From Convolutriloba macropyga (Eukaryota), in assembly GCF_964194025.1 (NCBI RefSeq), contig NC_134471.1, positions 61,380,001-61,444,000 on the forward strand: a stretch of 64,000 bases of DNA, given 5' to 3'. The notes beneath the pieces are model-generated. The model was not told the DNA's origin, did not search any database, and was given only the letters and a program-made list of their open reading frames with translations. Made by a program: the position numbers and the translations under genes. Positions 27,701 to 41,600 of this stretch are shown here, in pieces (positions within the stretch are counted from its first letter, which is position 1; each line of letters opens with the position of its first letter).

Positions 27701-28826
27701 CGCAACTAAAATGAATTTGGCTAATGGTCTTATCTTCTAACTATTGGTTTTATGACTTCGATGCCACGAGTTTTCATAATATCAGAAAAAAAACTCGGAT
27801 TGTTTTTGTAATTTTGGTTCCTTTTGAAAACTTATCTCATTATCCTAATATTGATTGTTCCCACTGTTATAGAGGGTGTGCAATGGATCATAGAAAAAGT
27901 TTTCAGAGAAACTTCTTTGGTATAAATGGCTTCTACACTTTCGACTCGCACTTTTCTTCTGAATTTTGTTTTTTGTATGTATTTGTTGTTGTTTTCATAA
28001 TCATAACTCATTGTGATGCTCTTTTGATGACTTATGATTGAAACAATTCCTTGCCTTTGCATTGAGATAAAACGTAGCGTATTTTTTGCCTCTTTTGAAG
28101 GCTATTGAATTTTACGTTTTTGATATAAGGGGTTATACAAATTTTGTGGTTTTATTGTTTTTACTCATAATTGTTGATTTTTTGAAACCATATTGTTAAA
28201 AAAGGAACCGCATAACTGCTAAAAAATTATATAAGATTATAAACATTTTACCAAGAGTTTCTTTTTTTATTGGCATCGACATTTTTCTCTCTCAAAATTT
28301 TTTGATGTTGCTATTTTTGCCTTTTTTTTAATTCTTCATGTAGTCGTAAAATGCTAACTGGTCTCATAGACTTCTAAAGGAATATTGATAAACTCAGTGT
28401 TTCTGAATGCAGTCAGTTTATAGCCAATAGTTTTAAAGTTTAATATATTGTTCTTTCTCAAAAATTTTTTATACTTTTCAGTTTTTGTTCTTTTCGTCAG
28501 CTTGTAAATTGTTCTCATCATTGAGATGGTCCATCCAATTTCTTGCAATTCAGTCTTCTTTCAGCACATTCGCTGAATTTTTTTGTTTTTGCTTATATTG
28601 GTGTTTGTTTTTTTTCTCGTAGTCTTTCTATTGGCAGATCTTGTGAGCGGTGTAATGAGGCATGGTATTATGCAATTCAATTAGTAGTTCGGTTTTGTAA
28701 CGATTTTTTTAAAACTCAAACATGTATTTTTAATTGTCTCGTCATTAGGTTGACCATTCAGTCAAAAATGTAGATGAGCTCGGGTCGGAACATAATGTGC
28801 GAACGCACATTAACGAGCATCCTTGT
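18770..28826 (+). repeat. Tandem array of Helentron/HINE 5' ends alternating with an ~850 bp module, closed by one HINE 3' end
   Basis: HINE 5' hairpin/subTIR 'tgttccga(a)cc...gggggaggaac' at 19641, 21036, 22433, 23728, 24845 and 26456; module 'aagcaa(c/t)ttttac...' at 18787, 19891, 21288, 23980 and 25590; internal ~280 bp duplications at 20000-20550 and 21400-21950; 22640-23620 is repeated at 26660-27770. Confidence 0.9.
26455..28826 (+). mobile_element. Non-autonomous Helentron element (HINE/DINE-1-like), ~2.4 kb
   Basis: 5' subTIR with adjacent inverted repeat at 26456; 3' subTIR cgggtcggaaca (28781-28792), stem-loop taatgtgcg-aa-cgcacatta (28793-28812) and terminal cttgt. Confidence 0.8.
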
Positions 28827-31259
28827 CTCTTAAATAGTAGTAGCGATACAAATTGGATATGAGGTTAACAAAAATATATGTTTGCAGTAAAACTAAAAGT
28901 TCAACTTTGCAAATGTAGATTTTTGTTTACAAACAGCAACTTAGTTTCACTTTTTGAAAAAAAATTTAAACAAAAAAAAACAAATGCTTTTGTTCTTTTG
29001 GTTTTGTTTTTTTTCTATGCAAAAAACTACTTTCCATTAGTTGCTTTAGCTTGAAAATTTTATCTGAGCAAAAATCTTTTAGCGTTTCTCTTATAGTCGA
29101 ATAATAGGATTTGTTTAATTTTGTTAACATTTTGTTAGGTTTTTGTTTAAATCTGTTTAACTTTGCACCAGTTTCCCATTCAATCCACAGTCTGATCGCC
29201 CAAGATTGTAAACGGTGTCCTCGTTCATTCTACGAACAGAAAGTAATTTTTTTACTTGAGCTTTCTATACAAAAGAAATATTCACACGGTTTTAGTCCAA
29301 TTAATTTTTATGAAACTATTGCAGAGATGAGTTTTGATTGTATTGTTTTGTGTCAAAAATGGTCATTCTCTTACAACTAAAAGAAAATTTTCTTCCAAAG
29401 TAGTTTATTAATGATGGCAATTTATTTTCTGAAAAACGAACAACACAAGAATGTGAAATTTTTTAGACAAGTTGTGGGATCTTCTCTTCGAGAAGAAAGT
29501 TATATCTCAAATGATAAACGATTCTACAAATTAACAGGCAAGTTAGTTCGTAATATAATATTATTATTTTCAACTTATAATTATTACAACAGAGGCTGTA
29601 AGAAAAAAATTCCATTGTTGGGATCAGATGTTTGATTTTTATTGAATCAACAGTCAGAAGATACGAAAAATTTGTTGCATAGAAAAGTTTGTCATCAAAA
29701 ATCTTTTGAACAGAATGTTCGAGTTTTCTACTGCCCAATGGTTTTGGCCTCTCTCTTTTCATAATCTAAACAAACGTAATTATTGATTCTAACATTCCTC
29801 CAAGGGACGAACGTAAGGTTCACTGCGATATCAGTCAAACCGAAGGCTAGACCCCGCTAATGAGTTACAGCTTCTTGAGGGAAATAGACAGAGCGATAAG
29901 ATACTTTGCAAAGTTCGCCGAAACTATTATGCCATTTGTTTAATCCTATGCACCTTTTATATCTTTTGTTTCTGGAAAAACATTCGATCTATTGGAGTGA
30001 GACTACCATTACATCATTTTAACAAATTTTTGAAAAAAAACATGCATTCTTATGAGTTTAAAATGTTTTCACATGCATTAATTGACAAATAGTTTGAAAA
30101 AAAAACTGAAAAAAATGTTTCTTTGCATTTGGCTTGGTATATCAACTTACCTAGTCAATTAAAGTTGAAAAAAATCCAAATAAAATTTTCGTTATGGTTG
30201 AGAAATTCCGTGCCCCGTTTTAAGTTTTTAAGATTTTCATTTCTTCTGGTTTATTCCATAGAAAAGACATTTTGACATTGGAAACAAACTAGTTTTATGT
30301 GTAACAGCGAGTCGTGTCTTCGTTCGTTCAGATTACTTGATGTTTAACGCACATAAGAAAAAATCTAAGGTATTGCCAACCATATTAAAATATTACGTTG
30401 CAAATAGTACATTTTGTCCAGTTGATGTACTCAAAAAGTCCAGTTTTTTTTAAATTGGAGTTCTAAACATTTGCGGACAAGAGTAACAGGAAGCAAAACT
30501 AGTTTGGATTTTCGAACATCAAAATTATCCGTCACTTTTATCCACTTTGCTGATAACGTTGTTAAAGTTTTTTGATTCATCGAACACTAGGGTTAGAATG
30601 GATAAAGCTGTTAATTATTGTGGTCGTTTCATATTGTACATACATACTTTTTTGAGTAACCGTGGTCAATAGTGACAGTATCTTGTCACCGGTGCCCGTT
30701 CCCGCTATCAATGTTGTCCACAAACCATTTTTGCTCATGGTTGCAGCTTTTAAGAACCCGAATGGATAACAGCGTGTTAATTATAGTGAAACGAAACAAA
30801 GTGTAATTGGTGATCAATTGTTGGACTATACCACAAAATACTTTTTTGTGCAATACGAATAGAGTTAGTTTTTTGGGACTACCCATATCACGGCTCACAA
30901 GAACAATAAAGAACCCGAATTGTGTCTGAAGTAATAACTATATTTTTCATCGCGGAAGAAAGAGGCTTAAAGTGAATCTACATAATGTGGTTTTTCCATA
31001 GTTATCAGCGAAAGGCCACAAAGGCGGCAAAATTACAAAAAGCAGTATTTGCAACCCATTCAACGCCTAAGAATTCTAGGAAATGTTGCAGAAAGTGTTC
31101 GCGCAGCAAAGCCCTTTGGAACAAACTGCGTACTTTTTTATAATTAATATGAATTAAATTGGCCTGACATAAAATTTCAGGCAGTTAATGCCAGTAAATT
31201 TGTGAGAAAATTTTTGGTATAATTTTGTTGTCCGCGTTTATTTTCGTTTTTAAACTAAC

Positions 31260-31568
31260 TTGACCCGAAGTAAGATGTGGCATTATCAGTTGACAATGCT
31301 GCACCGCATTCATCAAATGCTTGAGCCTCAAATTTGTACACGTATCCAGAGAATGTCAAAGAGATGGTCACTTCATTGGAAAAGGTTCCCGCAGTCCGTT
31401 GCAAGTCAACATTCCCTCGTGAGGTCCACGAAGATCTGCCAGAATCCCAGGAGGAATAAGCGACCTTGAAACCATCGCTGTTTCCACTTGAAGGATCGGT
31501 GATGGTGACGTTTACAGCAGAACCCACACCCTCGACCACAGTTATGTTATCGGGGGGCAACTGTCCAG
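31260..31568 (-). CDS. Exon 3 of FN3-domain secreted/surface protein (one FN3-like domain)
   Basis: Acceptor ttcag|ct and donor tca a|gttag; 309 bp, symmetric phase 1-1; GQLPPDNITVVEGVGSAVNVTITDPSSGNSDGFKVAY...LTFSGYVYKFEAQAFDECG... has the FN3 beta-strand pattern. Confidence 0.88.
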
Positions 31569-33409
31569 CTGAAGTCACAGTGCTATTCATACTTCAATGA
31601 ACATTACTAGCCAATAAATATTTACACGCTACTTCGAGAAAACTAGCCCAACTTAATATTTTCTTTTAAAAAAATCATTTTTTATGCTACTACATGAGTT
31701 CTAATTTATCTCTGGACTCAAATCTGACTTGCTTTAAGCTAATCTTGTGGTATTTTATGCTCCTGTATTGGCCAGTAAAATTATATCCTGTAGATATCTA
31801 AATTGTACGGGTACCAGGGCACATTAATTAAGTAAAATTGTCAAGGGCCAATATCTATTAATGATTGCAAAATTATTACTGGAACTTAAAAGGGCATATT
31901 TCATATATAATTTTTCCAGCATTTTATCATATGGATTGTAATATATATAATGTTGTCTTTTTAGTGAGTCTTGTTTTTGGTCACTACTTCTTTTCCTAAA
32001 TTGGTTTGTTTTGATTTTGACTAATTAATGTTTACTTTATGCAAGAGAGAACTGAAAACTTTCCGCTGATGAAGGAATTTTTCTCTTCATTCGAAACATA
32101 ACTGACCAAAGAAATGTAAGAGATACACTTGAAATCCGAACAAAAATTTTAATTCAAGTTTCCTCAATTTCAACAGACAAATATTCAATTCATGATTTTC
32201 TTGGTTTTCCAGTTGGTTAATTTTATTTCGATGGAATCTATCGTCAAGTAGCACTGATGTGTCTTTTTAAATTTTTGAATGCTGCAAGTTTGATGATAAC
32301 CGTGTTCTTTTTTGTAGACTTTTCAAGTGAATTTATTTGTTTTTGACTGAGGGGACGATTAGCTATTCTCTCTCATGTAGGATTTTTTTAAATAAACAGA
32401 TTCTTTTTGGGACAAAACTAAAAACAAACTTTTTTATATATTTTGTAGAAGAGGTATCATTTGGATATATAAAAATTTTCTCATAAAAAAAGCGGAGAGT
32501 TGAAATTTTCTCCATAAGGAACTGCTCGGATTTGCTCACACGGAACTGCTAGAATTATCTCGCAGATTTTTTTCTCTCATAACAAGTTTTTATTTTTTTT
32601 CCAAAATATTGGAGAAGCAAGTTGGGACATGCTGCGCTACGCAGAGACTTGCACGAGCCGTCTTGTTAAGTCATCAAATTAATTAAGCTCAAAGAAAAAT
32701 TTCTAGAGATAGTTCGTTAAGGGTAAGAAAAAAAGAACAAAACAGTACTCTGAATCTGAGGCGGGGTATTTATACCACAACTTTCCGGAAAAACTTGTTA
32801 AATAGTTCCAGAATTTTCCAGAAAAAGCAAAGTTTGTATATGAGGGTTTTTGTCGCCTTTATTCGGTGCCAAACAGTTCTTGTTGAGTTTGACCCTTACT
32901 TAATTAATGCCAATGGTTGCAACTGGCACCCGTGTCCCGAGATTCACAACTCCAGCTACGATGTTTTTTTTAAAGTGAAAAGACTTTACGTTATATAAAG
33001 ATCAAAGGCGTCAATCCATGATATCTGCATTTTTAAAGTGTATAGCTTCACAAAAACCTTCTCATTATTGCAAAAAATTCACGCAATTTTGAGTGACTTT
33101 CACAAATGTTTTAGACTTTCGCAAATGCTAACTGCTTTTTTTTTTAAAAAAAACTTTATTTCTATTAATTAACTTTTTCGAGACTAACTGAAAAACTGTG
33201 GAGATACAAATTTTCAATTTTGGCACCAATAACTTCGCATTATATAAAATATGCCAATACTGTTACCTGCCGCCTTTCGCATAACTGCATTCAACTAACA
33301 TTTTGACCAATTCTGGATTGGTGCTCTAAAGAACAGAAAAGTATGCATGCCATTTGGGGAAAGTGTTCTTCCCATTAAAGCCAAGTGTTCATTTAACCTA
33401 TACCCCCAT

Positions 33410-33640
33410 CACGATAATTAAACCATATTTAATATTATCAATAAAAGATAACAATATTAAAAAAACTAATGATAATATAATAATAGTAAACACAATTATT
33501 AAAATAATAATAAAGAAAATAGTAAAAACAATAGTAGTAAACGTAATAATAATAATTATAGCAATAATAATAACAATAATAATAATAAAACTAATAGTGA
33601 TAAGAATAAAAAACAATAAAGAAAAAAAGAATTATAAATA
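33410..33640. repeat. Degenerate (AAT)n low-complexity tract
   Basis: aataataat/aatagt repeats; accounts for the poly-Ile ORFs in the track. Confidence 0.9.
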
Positions 33641-35670
33641 AAGATTTCAAAGCAATTATGCCTTCCGGCGCCTTGGTTTCCCCGCTTTAGCGAAGATCAG
33701 TTAGGAATCAGCTTTTCTAAGAGATCCTTTACTGAAAAGTAGTATCTGAGTTTTGAGTTTGCTTTAGCCTCAGAGTTTTTTGCCAGTCCGCTTCGCATTT
33801 GAGGTGTATTGGGGTTGAATAGTGGAGTACACCAGGACGGATTGAAGGAAGAGAAGCGTATAGTTGTTCTTAGCTACACCAACAAAAAATTTTCTAGTGC
33901 TTCTGTCTCGTTTCTTTAGCGTAATTTATGATTTTACCACAGGATATTTTATTTAAATCGTGTGATAAGATTTATCAGAAACAAAATGAATTCAGAATTG
34001 TCTGTCCAAAAGAAAAAAGAATATCTGAGAGGAAAAACATTTAAACAATCGTTAAGAGAACTTTCTCACATAAACTCTAGACATAAACTGAGTCTGAGAG
34101 ATTCTATTTTTACTAGATCTACTTAACACAACTTTTTGAACTTTTTTAAACGCAGTAATTTAATATTGAAGCGGAATAAAATATAAGATCCATAGTAGAG
34201 GACTAAAAACACATTAACCAAAACACAATTAATATTCATCTTCGTTTCAGCAGGCAAAATTTGTTGATTATGTGGTAATTTTTGGATACATTTCTTTAAA
34301 TAGTGTAATTGTGAAATTCCCATGAAAAAGTTCGAAAGAAGTTCACGCCAAGATCTCTCATTGACTCGACCCTTTCAATCTGATGTTCAATTGGTTGAAG
34401 AATCAGTTCTGGGTCAGCGCAATTTTTAAAACTCAATTTCCTAAGCTTTTGTTCCAGGTAATACCACTATTAATAACAGCTTGTATAATTGTTTGAAGCA
34501 TTTCTGAGCCAACAATTTTTGCGTCGTCGACAAATAAAATTCTTTTGTTCGAGAGGACTTCTGGTAAGTCATTTATATTAACTAAAATCAAAAAATTGCA
34601 AACATTGATCCTTGTGGTCCGCCACTACTTACCTTTACATAATACCACGCATGATTTGAAACAACTACTCGTTGTTGCCAAAACCTAATAGATACGATTT
34701 GAAAAACGAGGTGAGCTTTTCATCAAAACCATATCGAGAAACTTTATGGAGAATGATTCTGAAATTAATTCTAAAACCTCTAAAATTAGGGTGGCTGAAA
34801 ATTCGTGGGGGCTATAAAAGGAAAAACCCGGGAATGAAAGAAATTGGGTACTTCTACGTTCTGAGATAATTAGGAAAATCCGACCAATTGAAACCGATTG
34901 GACAAAGACTTTCAAAAAGGGGGGTTGAATGGTCGAAATTTCTGTTTTTCAAAATTAATTTAACTGAGTTTATATGATCGATAAAAATTTTTTATCGGCC
35001 AGTGACCCAGCCATTCATTTGCTCTTCTTGTAGCTAGTACCGCTTAATATCTCTTGCCAAAGTTACAGAGAAAAAATGGAGCTTCTTATCAAGAGGCTGA
35101 AATGAGGTTCAAGTAAAATACAGGCATAGTTGCTTCAGCTGTGCAAAATAGCTGATCTTTTCATGCAGACATCTCAGGTATATGTCCAGAATTGCAGGTA
35201 GTAACAGCGATGCCTGAAATGTTTGGCATCGTTCGGGGTCTCTCAGAGACATATGTCAAGAGATTCCGGTAATTTCAAGTGTTTTTCAGGTGATTTTATC
35301 TAAACTTTTTAAAATGATGTTGTTAATCTATCAGCTGTCGAGAGTTGAAAAATATTTTCAACTGCAAATCAGATCGTCCTCTGCAAAAAAGTAAAATTTA
35401 CGCTTTTTAGAACATTCTTTTTAATGTATCAGCGCTTTTCAGCGCGATTTTACACAAATTTAGCGCGGTTTAATTTAGTGCAACTTAGTGCAATTTTTAA
35501 AAAAAATAAATTCAGAGCAAATCAGCGCATTATTGTGTTGGCTACTGAGCTGAACTTTTTTGAAAACTCCGTGACCCAGGATTCCAAGCTTATCTCAAAT
35601 TGCTAAATGCACAAATTGCAATTGGCTGTTCTTTCAACACCCTATCAGAAGTAGGTTAACGCTGGCTCAC

Positions 35671-35973
35671 TTGTGCAGAATTCGACATCGTCTGAAGTGT
35701 CGTTTAATCCGCCGACTGCGTTAACCTGGAACGTGTACTTGTTACCCGGGCTCAAACCCGACCAGTAAGCAGTAGGAGGTGCCCTTCCGCTGGGTGTTTG
35801 AATATTACCAACACACTGTATAGCAGATCCACCCGCTCCATCCAGGCAAGCGTAGTCGGATATAGCGGGAACTGGGACTCCCGGTGGAAGATTGGTGGTA
35901 GGATGAGAGGCATAAATAACGGCGGTTGTGTCGTTAACAGCATTAAGCGTCACTGTGTACCGACTTGCAACGC
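35671..35973 (-). CDS. Exon 2 of FN3-domain secreted/surface protein (one FN3-like domain)
   Basis: Acceptor atttatag|gc and donor aca a|gtgag; 303 bp, phase 1-1; VASRYTVTLNAVNDTTAVIY...AYWSGLSPGNKYTFQVNAVGG...VEFCT contains the FN3 signature LxPGxxYxFxVxAV. Confidence 0.9.
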
Positions 35974-37086
35974 CTATAAATTAAATATGCAATGTGAAAT
36001 TGAAGGTCTAATGATTATAACAAACTTATAATTATGAATATAACAAATTTTATTACCAATTAATAATACCCATATATAATTTGGCCTGCTGTCATTGCCA
36101 TTGGGACTAGTATTTAGTTTGCTAGCGTCATAAATTAAACGTCAAGACGTCAAAAATTAAACTCAAACTTGGGCAAAAACTTCTAAATCATGAAATTCTT
36201 TGTGAAAGATTGTCGAATCGAAGCTAGAAAACTATTATTCTAAGCATGAAATCGCTATTTTTAAAAAAAATGAATTTCATTTTGCTAAAAAAAAAGATGC
36301 AACCGGCCATTGATGAAACCAAGCAACAAGAAAACAGAAATAAGAATAAAAAAGCCTGAAACGATCAAAAAACAATGATTTATTTCAAACAGTTAAAAAC
36401 AAAATCTTGCACTATAGAATTAAACATCTGAACGTTCATTTTTCCTCCATGGTATGCTTGAGACCTGTAAATATCCAGTATATACAGTGCGACAACAACA
36501 AGAACGAGAAATATTGGCAAATATAGGTTCTAAGATCAACAGAAATTTGCGAGAAAACAGTGTGGAAACCGTTAAAACCATAACCAATTTACCAAAAATT
36601 GTACATGTGTTTAATAACGCCTTCGTTCAACGCAGTTTTTGTGATAGGATTTCTGTCAATAGCGTAAAAATTTGACAAGACAATAAAGACAATCAATAAT
36701 GAAATTACTTAGTCTCGGAGCCTGAAAACCATTTCTGAAAACATAAAGCACCGTAAAGCCTAAACATCAGTTCAATAGAGAAATGCTGCGACCCTTTTGC
36801 TAGAATTGAGCTACAAGCTGACAGAAATAAGATTAAAGAAATGACAAAAACTCAAAAATCCGCTATTTTTCGTATTGAAAACTTAACTTTTTGAAGCCTT
36901 AAAAGCAGTAAGCTTTCGACCTAGAAAACTGCTTCGATTGACTTATAGCTACATAGGAGGCCCCTGATACATGTCAAAAGCAAGATCGTACTTAAGACCA
37001 CAAAAAAACAACAAGTATAAACGCAAAAAAATACGCAATTAAAGTGTTGAAGCCATAAATCTACTGAAATTCTTACTGAAAAATTG

Positions 37087-37113
<27 letters not shown>
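37087..37113. repeat. (TA)n microsatellite
   Basis: Seen directly; abuts the 37111-38043 repeat. Confidence 0.95.
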
Positions 37114-37117
<4 letters not shown>

Positions 37118-38043
37118 GCCTCTTTTGGACGTTCAAAAAAGCTGTTGTTAATAGTGCAATAAAATGAAAAATTTTTCGGTGTAATAGCTTTCCTGGTATT
37201 CGCTTAAAAGTTATAAAAAAATCTAACAATTAAAACAGAAATGAAGAAAAACCAGCAACCTATGCAATTTGAACCCAGGAAAAAACCACAAGACATGTGT
37301 GTTGTTTCCGAGCAAAAGTTGATTGTTCCAACTTTTAATGGAATGCATAATTGGACGAAAAAATTCAATATATCAAAAATAATTGACGAATTTTTGATAA
37401 TCATCAAATTAAATTGGAAACATCGGCACATCTTTAATTACCTATCACTCTCTCCAACTGGACATTTTTGAGAGAAGTTGGAAAACATTTTGTCAGGGTT
37501 TTTAAGATATGTACCTGCGGCTAATTTGAAAAAAATGTGTAATAGGGCTGAAATATGTAAAAAAAGAAAAATTTAGCTGGATTGTTTGAAAAATTATCCA
37601 CCCAGACTGCTCAGCACCTTCAATCTAACTTTAAGTTTTAAGGCCATTACCACTTTTATTAAGAATTGCAATATATTTTCAGCAAATCTGACAAAAATTG
37701 AGCAAAAAGTGGAGAAAAACGTGAACAAAAACAACTCAAATGAGTCAAATGTTCACAAAGCAGGTTTTCTAATGATACCACTCAGAATTCCTTACAATCA
37801 ATACCTCGAACCAGTCGAAATTGACCAAACAAATACCTTTTGCGCATATGCAATTCCTCTCCCACAGAAGTGAAATTTTAACGTTGGAAAACTACCTAAA
37901 TTTTTAAATTTTCAACATTTTTTTATCAGTTTACCGGAATACGACGTTGTGTTTTCTATCGTTGTTTTTTGCTGGCATATAGGTTATTTTTATTGCAGTA
38001 ATTAGTAAAAATAAATTTGTTTTGAAAGATTTAATTGCAAGGA
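37111..38043 (-). repeat. ~930 bp interspersed repeat, copy 2 (homologous to 16343-17300)
   Basis: Shares its start 'tattgggcctc' and end 'aaagatttatt/aattgcaaggaa' with copy 1; inverted HINE-like motif at 37760-37870. Confidence 0.85.
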
Positions 38044-38697
38044 ACACGAGTTGTGGTAAAGAATGCAACTAGAGGTTTTCAGCATTTCAGCATAAAGGGC
38101 TTAGGCATAATCTGTAGACTGTTTTCTGCTCCATAACTTAGTTGATTGTCAATTGTTTTGGTAATAGTTTCTAATAACTGAGCACCAGGATCGTTTTAAA
38201 AAAAAGTTGTGACGGTTTATAGTTGCTTTGTTCTTTTTTATTATTGTTGAGGATACAATTTGGAGCTGTGTTTTTTGTACTTTTTCAAAAAAAATTATTC
38301 TACGTACTGCTGTTTTTATATTGCCTTCATTGGCACAATGAGTTTTTAAAAATTTATAACTCTATATGTTGCTCATGCTATTTTTTATCTGTTGATATTT
38401 TATTAAATAAAAATGGTGTTCATTAACATCTTGAGAACGCTTTTTTCCGCGGTTTTTTTTCTATTTTGATTATTCATTTTGTCTTTGTTTGCAGATTGAA
38501 CTTTGCCTTGGCCGGTTTGAAAGTGGCACAGATTCGTATGCGGAAAAATTTGTTGGACATTTTTGTGGAATTTTCTCATCTACTTTTTCGTAAAATGTGG
38601 ATACTTAATTTTCTGATGGCATTGAAACTGGGTATAAGAACAATTCTATAGTGTATTAATTTGCAATTACCTCTCTACGCAAGCTTTGGTATTCTAA

Positions 38698-41600
38698 TTG
38701 TTCCGACCCCACTTTTAGTGGGGGGTGGAACTATATACTCAACTGGGGTTTTTTTGTTCAGTCAGTTTTGGCCGGTCGATATATTCATCGTAGAGAGTTT
38801 TGAGTGGTATCATTAGAAAGCCCCTCCAGCGTAGAATATGAAATTAAAAAGTTTTTTTGATTTTCGTTTTATACAGGGAGTTATCGAAGTTTAAATTTTG
38901 AGAAAAGTAGAGTGAATATCGTTGTTTTTGTTCACATTTTCCGTAATTTTTGACCAAATTTTCGTTAATTTTGCTCAAATATCTTGAAATTGTTAACGGT
39001 AGTGTTATTGATCAAATCTCAAAAAATAGAGGGGGGTTGCTGAGTTGTTCGATCAGAGCTTTTTGGCTAAAAATTATGCAAAATTTTTTAAACTTTAGAA
39101 GTTTAAACTTTGAGAAAAGTAGAGTGAATTCCATTGTTTTTGTTCACATTTTCCGTAACTTTTGACCAAATTGTTGTTAATTTTGCTAAAATATCTTTAA
39201 ATTATTAACGGTAGTGTTATTGATCTTATCTCAAAAGATAGAGGGGGGTTGCTGAGTTGTTCCATCTGAGCTTTTTGGCTAACAATTATGCAAAATTTTT
39301 CAAAAATCAGACACAAATATGCATTTTTGGCCCGATTTCACGGAATTTGCTGAAAGTATTTACATTGAAACTGCAATCATTTTCATCGCAAGCTTGAAGT
39401 GAGAGCTAATTGTGCTCCCGCTGGTTTTAAGAGTCTTCAGAAAGCATAATTTTGCCAGATTTTTGCAAATTTAATCGCAATAACTAAACGAATTGCATTA
39501 CTTATTTTTGATACACTGAAAAATTTAGTTTAAAAGTTGATCTGTTTCGCAACTATTTGAACAACTGAAGGTGTTTTTAGTCGCGCAGCAATATCAGAGC
39601 TGATATTGATCTCACCATGGATCCGTACGGTAAAAAATTTTAGAATTTAATGGGGGCGGCCTTTTCAAAAAAAACTTTTCCCCAGAAAGTTTCTTATGCA
39701 TATTGCTGACAAGAAAGTCAAATGAGGACTCTTTTATCGACAGATAATATTCACAAAAAAAGAATACTAACGACTATATGTTACGGTCTCAGAGTAAAGC
39801 TCGTGTTTTTTATGGCTCTGACCAAGTGCTTTCGTAAAATTTAGTGGATCTCTAATGTTTTGCCTTCATTTTTTTTAATACTTTTTGTAATACAAGGACT
39901 TAATCACCATAATCAGTGATCGGAATGACTTATTAGGAGGTATATTTGAAGCAGACAATGCTTTCAATTCTTACCTAATATCTGTTCTAACTTTGAATTC
40001 ATTTGTTGTAAGAAAATGAAGGCGAATTTTTGAACTTTGCAACCATTTTCACTTATTTCTCTCAGCTTCGGGGTAGTCTCAAGAAAAACAAGCAAAAACT
40101 CATTTCCTGTTAGTCAATAAATTAAGCTTTGTAACCGTTTTATATTTAACTAACGGATTCTTGGTTTTGACACTACGAGTTTCGATTTTTTTAGTATACT
40201 TGTAGATTTTTTGAGTTCATTTTGTTTCGTTGTCGAATTATCACATTATTGACAGATCCAGTTGAAAATAAGTTTAGTTGGGAAAATGAACGGGGTTATA
40301 GAAGGCGTATCCGATTGTGTCAATTGTTTTTGTTGAATAGTTTGCGCTTTTGGGCTGAGACACAGTTATCTCACAAAATTCAGTTTTTTATTTGCGTAAA
40401 TTTGCCTTTAATTTGGTTGTTATACGACTTACACCTGATAATGATAGCTCTCCAATGCCTCCCCAGGACAAATAACAACATATTTTAACCTTTGAGTACA
40501 TAGCTATTTCTGTAAAAAAATTTTCAAGCTACCTTTTTAAAAGAAAGGACTTTTTCAACTGTTTCCTTTCTGCTTTGATTTTTGTCACCATGTAACTCAA
40601 TCTCATTTAGTCACCATGTAACTCAATCTCAATCTCATTTTGAGTCTCAATTATTTATGTTGACTCAAACAATTTTTTTGCGGCTGGTTATATGTTTTGA
40701 CTGATTGCTTGGGCCATTTAGTTTCATAAAAATTTTCGAGATTTCTCTACTGTTCACTTTTTGTGGTTTTTTGTTGTCATTTTTATAGGAAAAACCCCAT
40801 TGATTTTAAGATGACAACCGAGTGATGCTTTGCAGCTCTTGCAGAAAACTTCTTATAAATGTACTACCTTGAATACTGTGGTTTAAAATTGTTTTTGAAG
40901 TTTTCGCTTCTGCCTTTTTTTGTTACTTTGTCGAAATTTTATGTCTCTTTTGACGTTTGAAAAAAATATTTATCAAATATTTGAAAAAAATTGCATTTTT
41001 GAGCTTCGCCATCTTTTTTAAATTGTTTTTTTTAAGTCCATTTGTAGCTTATCCTCTGCAAAGACAGGTCACAACCCGTTTCTAGTGAGCTAAATTTAAA
41101 ATGATAATGGTTTTTAGTTCCAACCAATTGTTTTCCGGCTTTGTTACTACTGTCACTACTAAATTTAATGAGATAATTGATCATGTTATATATTTGTACA
41201 TTTTAAAGGACTTTTGTTTTCTTTCGAAATTGTTATTGTAATGAAAGGTTCCATTGGCTTTGAAATATTGCAAATTTGAACATTTTCATTGCTCTTCGTA
41301 ACGGGTCTATGGTTTCAACCGTTTTAACAGTTTCACTGCCATTCCGTGCAAAGCTAAATTTTGCCTGTATTTGTCCTTCTTTTTATAGACGTATGACGTA
41401 CACTGGATAGTGAGAAGTCTCATTATTGCTTCATATGCAGATATAAATGAAATTTTTTGTGATTTCACTTTATATGTAGTGATAAAAATGATTTTTGAAA
41501 TCAATTGTTTTCAAAAATAGATTCGTATTTCTGAATTGCGTACTTTTTTGCTCTGTTTGTTGACCTGTTATCCAGTCGCATTGAGAACAGATCCCATATC

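Noticed and set aside
29100-30900. Polinton ATPase remnant or an additional host exon
   Set aside because: Only vague similarity; no Walker motifs and no phase-compatible splice sites with FN3-like translation found.
33354-33641. Hydrophobic poly-Ile 'membrane protein' ORFs
   Set aside because: Translation of an (AAT)n low-complexity tract.
34672-34869. Retroelement RT N-terminal remnant (SKPYR...KRKNPG)
   Set aside because: A single weak motif with no supporting neighbours.
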